Origin: Podarcis melisellensis
Lineage: Eukaryota
DNA: 64,000 nucleotides
Strand: one strand, 5' to 3'
Assembly (NCBI GenBank): GCA_964234715.1
Contig: OZ174281.1
Part shown: positions 1 through 13,100 of the stretch, piece after piece
Numbering within the stretch: the stretch's first letter is position 1
Layout of the letters: each line of letters opens with the position of its first letter
Program-made: the position numbers and the translations under genes
The notes under the pieces: model-generated
The model's database searches: none
What the model was told of the DNA's origin: nothing
What the model saw: only the letters and a program-made list of their open reading frames with translations

Positions 1-1259
1 CTGCTGCTACTACATTAAGCTTCACAGCATTAGTAACCCTTTCTGAGGCCAAGTGATCCCCCACTTTATTATCAATCTCAAGTTGTTGGCAGCAAGGGAT
101 TTCCCCATACCCCTCCAGCTTCTCATTCTTCATCATGGTTGAGGTATTTAAATACCACCTGATATTTAGTGAAGTAGGATTGAAATTTGGTATCCTGGTT
201 TGCTGTTTTTATTTCATTCTGCAACTCTCTATTACGTTTTCTTTTTCTGTTACGTACCTGCTTTTTCTGTTTCTACATGTTTTTGTGGGCAACACTAAAA
301 TTCAATAAAAAGTTGGAATGTTCAAAGAAAAGGCATTCAAGGGGCAATTAAGCAGCAGTTCATCATTAACCCTTTAGGCGTGCTCAAGGGGAAGCAACAA
401 AACAGGCAGGACCTGCAAACTTTATTGGGAAATGGGATTTACTTGAGAGTAAACCTTTAAAATTAATATTGACTACAGAGAAAGATGTTGCTGGATAATA
501 CCTTGCCATACTGAGTGATATTTGGAACCTCCATTTTAATGCTACTTCGATCTGATTATAGACCAGTACTTAAGGTGCTGTGAAACAACCCACCTGGGAT
601 AGAATGGGAAACTGCAAATTAAAGTTGAGGAGACAAGAGTTTTGTGACACCACCTTTAGCCCATAAATGCATAAAGATGTTTATGTTAAATTTTCTAATT
701 TCGGGCTTTTGTAGTCACTTGCTGCATGAATCCTGACAAAACGTAGATCTCTTTGCGAAGGACAAAAAGCCTCTAGCCCTCTTCAGGTGTTACGGAACCC
801 ATGTGAAGACTGACTGTGGTGAAGAGCCTCTTGCATCCGCAGAGACTCTGTACATATATTGGAAACCAGGGTTCTAGATGTTCTCACTTGCCTAAGCTCA
901 TGGCTAGGCAAGCAGTAGCAGCAGCAGCATTCTGAACTAGTTGCAGCTTCCAAACCATCTTCAAGACAAGTCCCTGTGGCTTAGCTGAAGAAATAGAGAG
1001 CAGGGTGTGTCATCCTCGGGATATTGATCACAGCCTCTTCCAAAGCTCCAGATAAGCAACCGCTCCCTTAGAAGGCTTGCATATAAACTATCATAAGTGA
1101 TAAAAACTGGTCCAACATTTATCCCTGATAAATGAATGAATGCAGCAGCAATGACCTTTTTAGTATATTTTATTTAGCATAACTAGAGAGCCTTTAAAAT
1201 GAAGCGTAAGTTGCACAGGAATGTCAATAGTTTCATAAATAAATACATCAGTGATGCCT

Positions 1260-1640
1260 GGGGATTGGGGGAAGGATGCAATTCAGTTCATATTTAAAGG
1301 CAAATATAACGAATTCACACTTCTTGAAACAATACATGAACTGAAACAGCTATCCTTTGGAATTCGCACTTATCCAAATTTTACAAACTGTGTTTATCAA
1401 AAGGTATACAATAGGAGAAATTGCGTATAAAAACATACATATTAGTGAAAATAACATATAAAATGCATTATATTAGGAGGGACTGCTTGCAAGAATGTGT
1501 ACACTGGTCAAAACCTCATAAAAATGTGTTTGAAAAGAAATTCACACTGTTGTAAAATTCTGGTGAATTTTCCTGAGGATTTTTAAAATGCAAATTTAAG
1601 ATTAGATAAATGAGAAACAGAGAGATCCTTCCATCCCTAG
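1260..1640. repeat. Dispersed AT-rich repeat family (related copies about 9770-10180 and, inverted, about 5390-5720)
   Basis: Shared blocks aattcacact..tgaaac..cagctatcctt and attagtgaaa..aacata..aggagaaattgcttgcaa. Confidence 0.7.
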
Positions 1641-2793
1641 TGAATTCACACATGCTGGCTTTCTAGATGACATGGTAGCAAAGTAGAACAAGGAACATTC
1701 CAATATGGTCTGTTCAGCACAGCAACATGCATGTAAGAGCGATGGACAGAAAGAGTGCCTATGCATCGCCCCGCCTTATGCTTTAATTATATCAAATGCT
1801 TTGCTTTCCTCTTCCTGTGAGACCCATCACCGATCAGCCAGATTCTGCAGAGTATCAGAGCTGGTCTTCTAAGTGCAGGCTGTCTCCTTCCTCTGAGACT
1901 GCTTACAGGAAACAGCTTATGGGGTTGTCTGCAGATGAGAAGAGCATTATGACAGTCTTTGTCTCTCACACAATTATGGTTATTCTTGTTCTGCACCCCA
2001 CTCCAAATCAAGGAAGGGCCTTGCTTCTCAACAGGTCGCATTTCATTCTTTAGGACAGGCATGTCCAAAGTCCGTTTCGGGGCCCTATGGAAGTTTTATC
2101 TCCTGGGGTAAAATCCTTTTAAAAAAGCTCAACAACTTCAATCTTAAAGTCCTAAAGGTCAGCCCTTACGCATGTTCACTTCATAAAATCTGCCCTTCTT
2201 TGAAAAAAGTTTGGACACCCCTGCTCTAGGACAAAGGAAAGGGGCTACAATTAAAAACATATCTGAGGAACATTCCTCCCCTCTAAACATTGGGTTTACC
2301 TGGACAGAGAGCCGATTTAGCCCTTATCTCAATGTACGTGAAGAAGGGCTGCCATTAAAAAGAAGAAAGCAGATACTTCCCGGTGTGAGCCTCCTAACAC
2401 AAGTTCAGACCCAAGTTCTCTCCGTATGAATGTTTGGTGTGTTAGCTTCCATGCATTCCCTCTTTTATAGTAATGGGTATTTATTGCTATCCTGCCACTT
2501 ACATCCATAGCGCTGGGCAGAGACTGATGGAATGTATTTGGAAGAGCTTTTTTCATCCCTCCTCCCTTGCCCTCCACAGCCTTTTCTGTTCTGGGCATGT
2601 GTACAGGTATTTCTCATACCCTCCAACATTTCTCCAATGAAAATTGGGACATCCTATTATTATCCCTTAAGCTTTCCCTCTTAGCATTTATTCTGTGATT
2701 TGGCAAATATTTCCCTAACTCCTAAAGGCAGTCCATCCTTACATATCACACATGGTCATCTTTTGCCTTGTCCGCTGGTGAGTCTCAGTCTGT

Positions 2794-2847
2794 TCAGTTC
2801 ACAGAGATGTTGATTTCTGGTCCTTTTTCTTGGTACATAAGTTCAGA
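2794..2847 (-). CDS. SLC4A9: SLC4A9 exon 21 coding part ([17 protein letters not shown])
   Basis: ttttttag| acceptor; TGA at 2796-2794; AE4-type C-terminus. Confidence 0.92.
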   Translation of the reverse strand, partial: SELMYQEKGPEINISVN

Positions 2848-5800
2848 CTAAAAAAGAACAAAGGCCAAGGAGTTAATAAAGTGACAGACAAGGTAGCACA
2901 CACACACACCTTTGGTTTTCCCTGCCTCTGAAAAGCCACTTCCAAAGGGTGAAGTGACAGGAGAGATAATGGGTGAAGGAGACCCAGGTTCTCAGTGGGT
3001 CTCAAGAGCAAGGTCCAGCTTCAGAGTGGCACCCCCAGACCTTTCTACCCAGCAGGAAGCTTCTAATCTAGATCCATGGAAAGAGATGCCAACTCTTCTC
3101 CTGAGAAATAGGATTTGCAAAAACCACGCACCCTGTCAGAAATATCAGCTTCGTGGCCTTAGCTGGCAAAACTGCAAGGAAAGCTAGGCTGCAAACTCAA
3201 AACATTCCTGTAGATTGCTGACTAATGCCAAGGAGGTGGACTTTCTTGCTCCCAAGTTGGCACAACCCTCCGAATGGCCAAAACGGACTGGTACTATTTG
3301 GCCCCTAGACTACAATTACTGGTGAAGAGTGAGGCAGCACTAAGATCTGAGTAAGGAAGGATGCAGAAGAATAAAGAGCAGCTCCCTGGAGATGGCGCAC
3401 CCGTGTGTGCCTCTGTACACACAAACACATTTGAATTAGTCTTGCCACCTTGTCCTTTCAAAGGATAAGTTTTGTGATAGGATAACTTTGAATGGATGTG
3501 GGGGACTAGTTCCTACAGGTATACACATAGCATAGATTTGACAGATGTATTTCTGTGACAGTCAACAAATACCTTCAGTTTTGTGCCCACCAATACCAAA
3601 GCACAGAGTCAGGCAGCCTGACACTTCTCAAAACTGAAGCATCAAAATACTTGATTGACTTGTTCCATTCTTTGAAGTGGTCTGATGGAGTATTTACCCT
3701 CTTTATAAATGGACTTAATAATGAAAAAGAGACTAGTACTCACGAAGAGTTCTGAACCAGCCACACGGTGGTTTCATCAGCCCCTCACGGCACATAAAAT
3801 GGTTACATTGGTTTACTTCCTTCCTTGCTCCATCACATTGGTATGTTGAGATGCGGGGGGTGTAATTTCCAGCCAGTGCGGCCCCATCCCCAACCTCCTC
3901 TACCCCCATAATTTTAGTGCTGCTTCCTTACATCCTCATTGTCACTCTCGTCCTGATCTTGCTTCCTCTTCAGCTTTTCCTCTTCTTCTTTCCTGTCCTT
4001 TTCTGGCATGATGTCATCCAGCCAAGCCAGGTGATGTGAGGAGAAGATGTACTCCATTCCCTTCCGTATACCCACCAGAGCCAGCAGCTAGAAGACCAGA
4101 ACGTCACCACACAAAGTTTTATTATGATTATTAATAACTCACATAGCACTATCAATGCATGTGGGACATTGCAGAGTAATCAAAGCAACATGATAGGTCC
4201 CTGCCCACAAGGAGCATGCAATATCTATTTTGACAATAGGAGAGACAATAAAAAGAGAAATGGCGATGAGGAAAGAAAAAAAGAAAGAAAGAAGGAAAGA
4301 GGAAAGAGAAAAAGGCACAGCTATGCATATTTAGGTTTTATTTGGGGATGAGGGCTAAGGGGTTTTTGCTAAAAGCTGCATCATGTAAGGGGGCAGGCCT
4401 TGAGAAAAAACTGGAAGAAGAAAGGTAACACCATGCAGGTGTCTTGAGGGGGAATGCAAGTCATGGATCTAGGAAGAATGGCAGGGTCACCTAAGAGAGA
4501 GGAGACCTTTGGGTGGCTGAGTAAGAGGTGTTGGAGGAGAAAAGGCAACAGCAGGGAGATAACAGGAAACAAGGGCAAAAATGTAGAGTTGGAAAACTTC
4601 AACAAAGTAAGAATAAGGAGTTTGTGCTAGATATGAAAAGGATTAGACGCTGAAATGGGGATCTGAGGGAAGGAATCACATGATCAGAGTAATGAGAGAG
4701 AGAAATTACCCTGGCAGTAGAGTTTTGGATCTCAGTGAGAGGGCAGAATGTCATTAGTCAAAGATGGTTGCATTAGTCAAAGCAGGAGATAACTGGAGCA
4801 CAAACCAGTTTAGCCGACAGGGCAGAGAACATTTTGCAATGCTGTATAGTGAGAAATGGCCTGGCTTGGCAACAGATTGGATATATGGAGAAAGGAAGAG
4901 GGAGGAACTAAAGATAAAGCCAAGATGTCATTCCTGGTCAACAGGTTGGGTAGCAACACAGAGAATGGTGCTGGGGCTCAACAGTTTGTGGTACTTTCCG
5001 TGGTACTTTTAGGCAGAGGTGGGCTTATTCTGAAATATAAAGCCGCTAAGGTCTCTCCCCCCACAACGTGCTTTTGTGCCTTAAAAAAATGCCACCTTCT
5101 AGGGACGGTGAAGAAATGCAATTCACTTAACATTTAAGACCAAATTTATGACATTTGCATTTACCAAATCAATACATGGACTGCGGGTTCATCCATACGT
5201 GTGCTGCTTTCCTCCTTAGCGCTGAATCAGGGCAAATGTCAGTCAAGTTTTCTGCAGGTTGACCTTTGCTCCAATTCAGCAGTAAAGAGAGAGGTTTTTC
5301 TCAGGTAAAGCAGCAGGGCAAACGGAAAAACTCTTGGGCTGGTTCTCTTGAGGCACCGTTCAAGCGGAAGTGCGAACGAGGCCTGATACGTGACCACCCT
5401 TCAAAAGTCACACTTCTCTGAATTTCACAATGTAGTTCTCTAACCAAACAATGTTTACAAAAACACATAGATGTGGGAAAGGAGTGCATAAAAATGAAGA
5501 AATTGTTGAAAATAGCATCCAAAAATGCATCGTGTCAGGAGAAATTGCCTGCAAAAATGTGTATGCAAGTCAAAACCATGCAAAATGTGTTTATAAGGAG
5601 AATGTACACTAAAATGTTGAAGGATTTTTGTGAGGATTTGAAGCAATGACTTGATTGACCCATTTTCCCTGAAATTTGGTAAAGAATGCTGATGGAAACG
5701 GCATCATTCCCATGGACATTCTGCCCCAAATGTTAAGGGAATGCCACTGGGCTACTAAGGGCAGCCAAGACAGTGGCAGCAAAGTGTTTTTTCTGATTAA

Positions 5801-7127
5801 AAAGCAAAACACAAATGTAGCCACCATACGACAGCTATCAAGACCTATTGAAGCTCCAATAATGAAATATTACTTTTATAAATACCAATATAAAATTTCT
5901 GTGGAAGTAGAATACTGACATGGGTTAAAAAACAGTCAAATAATATTTGGTAAATATTCGGCAAATAGCAGACGCCAGCATTTGTAAGGGAGAATTTTTA
6001 AGAGATCTTTGTGGGCAAATGCATTTTCTCTCTAGTCAGGTGTCATCAGGAGGAATCGAGGGCTAGAAAGTCCTGGAGTGGGAAGGTAAAATTCACACTG
6101 TGCTAGAGTGGATAATAAAGGAGTTCAATATATAGCAAAAGCCAGGAGAGAAAGTAGTTGGGCAAATTTTCTCACTGAATCCACAGGTGGAGCAACCAGA
6201 AGAAACTCATCCCTGCCCTAAAGACTCTTACCATTAATGGGAAGATTATGGCAGCTGCCGTCGATTTAATGATCCACAAAACAGCCAGGCAGAGCACCTG
6301 GATAAAGGTGAAGAGATGCACTTGGCGTAGAGGAACATGACGGAGGTAAATGAAGTCCGGCTGGTGTTTGGCAGGCATGAGCAAGAGCTGGAGTCTGTCT
6401 GTGAGCTGAGAGTAGAGGAAACCAAGAGACATGATGTGGAGGACCTTCTGGCAGGCACCAAATAGTCCTTAGGGGAACTCAGTTCACTGAAAATGTTAGT
6501 TTTACTAAAGTAGGCATAGTGTATTGGTTAAGAATGAGCTGGGAAGCACTTGGTTCAGATCCTAACTTGGCCATATTTAGTAGTATCATTAGGCAAACCC
6601 GTATATCTGATCTATGGGGATGATACTAGCCTACCTTACAAGGCTGTTGTAAGAATCACTGAGATAATATACGTAAATCATTGTAAATTATATTATTCTA
6701 TTCTGCCAACAGCCCCTGGATTAGAGGCACTCTTTTGGGGATTCCTATGTGTTTTAATGTGATGACAAAGATAACACAAGAATAAAGCTCAGAGAAGATC
6801 CCTCAGTTGCATCACAAGCCCAACTTCCTCCCAGGTTCACAGTTAAAATGACAGATCTGTCTTCCAGGGAATGAAATGCTGGCTAAGCCATTGGTCATTC
6901 CCTGCCCCTTATGCTTCAGATGGGCTCCTTTTAAAAAAAGCACTGCATATATGATTCACCATCACCTAATTAATGGTTTTTTTAAAAAAATAATACAATG
7001 GAAACCATGTTTCCACAATGCCGTATTCCCAGACCATGCTCCTTTAACACTAAATATTGCATATAGGTGCAGACGTTCATATACATGCATGCATACATAC
7101 ATACATAACATACATAATGTATATGTG

Positions 7128-7159
<32 letters not shown>

Positions 7160-10100
7160 ATTCTAACATGACTCCTTCCTTCCCCCAAAGGTATATAAAC
7201 AACCCGCCTTTGGGAAAACTTGGAGGAGGTTTTAGAAAGGCTGCCGCCACAAGGCTGCTACATTAAGAAGTTCTCAAGTCCATTTTTAAAGCCTATTTTA
7301 TACGTGGGAGGAGGAGGAGGAGGAGCAAACCCTCCTTCCATTTTTTTCTCTCATCTCCAGTCACAAAATAAGCAACAGCAACACAAGTAAAAATCAAAAT
7401 ACTTTATTTTATTTATACTCCTAAGAATTTGGTGTGTGTGTGTCTGTACTGCAAAAGCTCATCAAGGTCTCAGTGAACCCTGTTCTGGCCAGACGCAACT
7501 CACATTGACACCGCCTTCCATCTTGCAGTGTCTTCAATAGCTGCCCTACTGAGGGAGCTAGAAATCAGTCACAGCACCGCCTTCCCCACCATCCAAAAAT
7601 GCTTCCCCTGCTGTTTTGCACTCACCTGAATGCTGCTGAGTGCAGACACACCCATGTAGAGGAAGATGCCATACAGCACAGGCATTGGGATAAACTGAGG
7701 GGAAATCAAATCCAAAATATAAGCATGACTACACAAAGACTGAATTCTAGAAAACATTACCTGTCCATGAGACCTTAAGAATGATTAGATGCAAAGAAGG
7801 GCAGAACTCCTAAACTTCTAATAATTGTATATTACAGGCAATTTTGGCAGTCTTGCCAATTTAGAGTCTGCAGCAACTGTTAAGAGTACTTGACAGCAGG
7901 CAAGTTTAATGTTTTGTAATCAAACCATGTCTAGAACCATCATTAGCCACTATTGGCAAGTATCTAACAGAGAAGGGAGAAGAGAAGCGCTTGCAACTTA
8001 CAAACAATTAAAGGCTTTTCTTACCTTGAGTACAGGTGCCAAAAACACAGACAATCCTGTTAGGATGAAGACCATCAGACCTGTCACCCTTTGCTCCCTG
8101 CAAGGAAAAGCACTTTATATTTCAACCATCTTCAGATATAACTTGTCACAGTAATCTAACCTAGAGGTCGCCAGAGCATAGACAACAGAAGATAGGCCAT
8201 CTGTGTCCAGAGAGGGGCACAGTTGGGCCACCAGCCAATGCAGGTGGAAAATGATACGGCCTAGGACCCTTGTCCCCTTCATGGATCACCGCCTTGCCGT
8301 GGCGAAGGGGCTTGAACAACTCAGAGAAGCTATGAGCTATGACGTGCAGGGCCACCCAAGATGGACAGGTCATAGTGGAGAGTTTTGACCAAACATGATC
8401 CACCTGGAGCAGGAACCGGCAAGCCACTCCAGTATCCCTGCCAAGAAAACTCCATGGACAAAGGCAACAGGCATATAGTGCCTGGCGTGCTCTGGTCCAT
8501 GGGGTCACGAAGAGTCGGACACGACTAAACAACAACAAGAAGGACCCTTGTACCTACGGGACCGCCTCTCCTGGTATGCCACATGGAGGACCTTAAGGTC
8601 AACAAATAACAACACTTTGGAGGTCCCAAGCCTCTGGAGGTTAGATTGGTTTCAACTAGGGCCTGGGCCTTTTCAGCACTTGCTCTGACGCAGTGGAACT
8701 CTCTGTCACAAGAGACTAGGGCCTTGCGGGACTTGACATCTTCCCGCAAGCCCTGTAAGACAGAGCTGTTCCGCCTGGCCTTTGGTTTGGACTCGGTCTG
8801 ACCCTTATGTTTTCCTCCCCTTATGGTCTTGATTTATCAGCTACTTTAAAATGAGGCTGCATTTTAAATTGCATTTTAACCTGTATTTTAATTTTGTCCC
8901 CTCCCCCCCTCTTTCCCCCCTATTATGTTTTTACTGTGATTTGGTGTTAGCCGCCCTGAGCCTGGCTCTGGTGAGGAGGGCGGGGTATAAATAAAATTAT
9001 TATTATTATTATTATTATTAAAAGCACTCTGCGCCACCAAGGCCTCCTGAGCCTCAAGCGACAGCTGTGGAATAAGGACGCATAATGCACCATACCTGAT
9101 TCCAAGGAACTTTGGCTGCTCCCCTGGAGCGCAAGTGGTGCTCTCCTTCTTAAGGCTGTCCATGTGGGCCAAAGAAATGACTGTGGCCGACACATACCAG
9201 GGCAAACCCAGGATGGAGGTAAAGATCATCAGCAGGGAAACGCAGAAGAAATCTAGGTGAAATCCTGCCCCTTTCTGCAACAGGACAGCCATGTTAGTAA
9301 CGGGAGACTCAGGCTGAAGAATACACAGTAAAGCCTTGCCTCTTATTTCCCATTTTAGGTGTCTTTTGATTTCTTGCAACAAATACAATTTCCCCCATGA
9401 CAAGCAATATAAGATGCCTCGCAGCAGCAGCCTTGGGTGTCAGAGAAGCAGAGAGGGCCAAAACAGAGTTGGAGGCCAACACACACTCCCTAAGTGGCCT
9501 TGTGGATTCTGGGAATTATATGTTCTTGTCTGAAAGTGTCCAATTCATGGCAACTGTCCTCTACCACTCATGCCTCAGCACCTTATCAGGATTGGGCTCC
9601 TATACACCCAAAGCTATTAAGAACAACATGAAGTATCTTTTGAGTGTATTGTCAGCCACCTAGAAAACCTTTTATAGCACAAAGGGGGCTTTCTTTGTTA
9701 TCCATTTACCGGTACTCCATGACAGCTACTTGCATGATTCAGCACAGGGATCATAAGCTGTTGGAGGAGTCAGGATGAGGAGCAATTCAATTCAGTTTGT
9801 ACTTCTATCCTAATCTAACAAATTCACACTCTCTGAAACGATATGCAAATTGAAACACAGCTATCCTTCCAAATTCACACATCTGAATTTTGCAATATTT
9901 CCCCCCCAACCAAAATATCTTTTACAAAAATGCATAGATTAGGCAAAGGTGTGCATAAAAATGAAGATATTAGTGAAAGTAACATACAAAACTGCATTAT
10001 ATTACGGAGAAATTGCTTGCAAAAAATGAACAATTAGTCAAAACTACAAATAGATGTGTTTTTAAAGAAAAATCAATGAGGATTTTTTTTTTTAAATTCA

Positions 10101-13100
10101 ACACATGGAGAACTGACTTTACAAATGGAAAAATTATGAACCAGAGAACTGAAATGAACCAAGAGATCCTGCCGTTGCTAGTTAGTAGCCTGCCCACTTC
10201 AGCTCACCAAAGACATTGAAGATGCTGTGGTGAACAAGAACGTGCATGTGATGGTGGTGCAATTCCTATCCAACAGCCCCGTTAACTATAACAAGGTGAA
10301 AGCTTTTATTAAGCAGCATCAGAGACTAAGGGGGTTCGAGAATAAGGACAAATTACAGTGGCACCTTGGGTTAAATACTTAATTGGTTCCAGAGGTCTGT
10401 TCTTAACCTGAAACTGTTCTTAACCTGAAGACCACTTTAGCTAATGGGGCCTCCTGCTACCGCTGTGCCGCCAGAGCACAATTTCTGTTCTTATCCTGAA
10501 GCAAAGTTCTTAACCCGAGGTACTATTTCTGGGTTAGCGGAGTCTGTAACCTGAAGCGTCTGTAACCTGAGGTACCACTGTAATATGATATCCAGTCTTC
10601 CGTGCCCAGCTGGACTCTTGTACCTTTGGAAGTTGCATGACAGCCAGAGAAACATTTTAGACTTTGGGTGGGTGTGGGGGAAGGGAAGGAAACTATCAGA
10701 ATCATCCCGTCCCTTTCTGGACATCATCTTCCCCTACCCCAGGTTTCACAAGTTAGAGGCACTTTACTTTGTGGAATGAATAAAAAACTAAAAGGCGCTT
10801 GGGTCGTGTCTAGGTGACCATGGAAGGAAATTACAGCTGTTCCCTAACCACCTCAAGCCAACCTTGGAGTGTTATTATTGTTATTCTTTATTACCTTTAT
10901 GTACCACCCAATGGGACGCAGGTGGCGCTGTGGGTTAAACCCCAGAGCCTAGGACTAGCCGATCAGAAGGTCGGCAGTTCGAATCCCCACGATGGGGTGA
11001 GCTCCCGTTGCTCGGTCCCTGCTCCTGCCAACCTAGCAGTTCAAAAGCACGTCAAAGTGCAAGTAGATAAATAGGTATCGCTCCGGCGGGAAGGTAAACG
11101 GCGTTTCCGTGCGCTGCTCTGGTTCGCCAGAAGCGGCTTGGTCATGCTGGCCACATGACCCGGAAGCTGTACGCCGGCTCCCTTGGCCAATAAAGCGAGA
11201 TGAGCGTCGCAACCCCAGAGTCGGTCACGACTGGACCTAATGGTCAGGGGTCCCTTTATCTTTACCACCCTATAGCCACAGGTATAGGATTACATAACAC
11301 AAGCCAGGATGCTCTTTTATATTTTACCATAGGAGGGCAACACAGGGAGTTGCCATACATGGAATCAGATCACTGATTCATCTTGTTCAGTAGCGTCTAC
11401 ACTGACACGGAGCAATGGATCCAAACTACAAGAAAGAAGATTCCACCTAAACATTAGGAAGAACTTCCTGACAGTAAGAGCTGTTTGACAGTGGAATTTG
11501 CTGCCAAGGAGTGTGGTGGAGTCTCCTTCTTTGGAGGTCTTTAAGCAGAGGCTTGACAACCATATGTCAGGAGTGCTCTGATGGTGTTTCCTGCTTGGCA
11601 GGGGGTTGGACTCGATGGCCCTTGTGGTCTCTTCCAACTCTATGATTCTATGACACTCCAGGGTTTTAGGCTGGGGTCTATTCCAGTCCTATCTGGAGCT
11701 GTCAGGGATTGAGGTCCCGGGATCTTCTGCATGCTAAGCTTATTTTCTACCACTGAGTTACAGCCTCTTCTCTTGGCCATCTTGAACAACCAGCTGTTAG
11801 AATGATGGGTCACAGAATCGCTGAGTTGGAAGGGAGCCAAGGGTCATCTAGTCCACCCCCCTGCGATGCAGGAATCTCAGCTAAATTTGACAAATAAAAT
11901 AAACCAATAAACAAACAAATCCTGACCATGAGAACAGAGTGAATGGCAAGATCCAAAGACTGCTTTCTGTCTCTTGTGGTAAAAGTAGATGTTGGACACA
12001 CATAAGTTTTGGAATCTTTGTTGTATCTGCGAATGTAAAGGACTTAAGGGTCAGACAACCAGCAGCCGGCTCAGCCATCCATCTTCCCTTTGGGGTGCAA
12101 GTTCTGTCACATTTCATGCAAACCCCAGCTGTTGGGCATATACTACAACCTTGGTCTAAAGCACTACCCTTGAGCAACTTTCCCTTGAACATAATCCCTC
12201 TCCCTTAATGGCTTGTTTTAAGCAAACAAACCTACTGTCTCACTGAGCACAGAATGTGAGGTTTAGAAAAGCATTTCCTAGGTCTCCGTGGATGTTTCTA
12301 GGTGGCTGTTTCTCCAAGGAAAGAGAATTGGCCTTCCAGGCTAATCCTATCTGTCCATTTGGTCTAGCCATGATGGGTGCAGGGTCTGGCTCAGGCCCCA
12401 TGTGGCTTAGGATACCATGTGTGCTGATTCATTGAACCCTAACCCTTGGCTCCCTCTGGAAGAGCTTCTGCCACGTCAAGAAGCTGGCAGTCAACAAAGC
12501 AAAACACAGGCGCACGCACAGCCGACGTCTGAGCCAGCTAAGAGCGAGAGGCCACACAGCAGAGAAATGCCAGGCACTCCCTCAGACAACCCAACCAGAG
12601 GAACCAGTTTCTGCTTGCAAAGAGGAGTATGGATAGAACTGCAGCCCATTAACCCAGCAGGGAATGCTGTGGGAAGAGTGGCTGCTAAACTCTTTACTCC
12701 ACAGAAGGGTGAGATTGGTGGTGCACACCTGGAAACACAGCTAGACTGTTCTTTTTTGCAATGCAGATCGAATCTGGTTTGGGGGACACACCAGAATCGT
12801 ATTTCATTAAAAAAAATATTGGTATGGATTGTGGCTGACGTAATGTGTAGTGCTGGTTTTGACATTTAAAGCCCTTCACAGCCTAGGACCCTCGTACCTA
12901 CAGGACCGCCTCTCCCGGTATGCCCCCCAGAGGACCTTAAGGTCCATAAATAGCAACATCCTAAAGGTCCCGGGCCCTAAGGAGGTCAGATTAGCCTCAA
13001 CCAGAGCCAGGGCCTTTTCAACACTGGCACCGGCCTGGTGGAATGCTCTGCCTGATGAGACCAGGGCCCTACAGGATCTGATTTCTTTCCGCAGGGCCTG

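Larger units (their letters stand above)
8259..9019 (+). mobile_element. L2-clade LINE 3' fragment, interrupted by the BovB-derived element
   Basis: Same family as 12855-13463; ends ...gggcggggtataaataaa(att)n. Confidence 0.75.

Noticed and set aside
10913-10990. tRNA gene (A and B boxes)
   Set aside because: This is the tRNA-derived head of a Sauria SINE, with body, tail and TSD.
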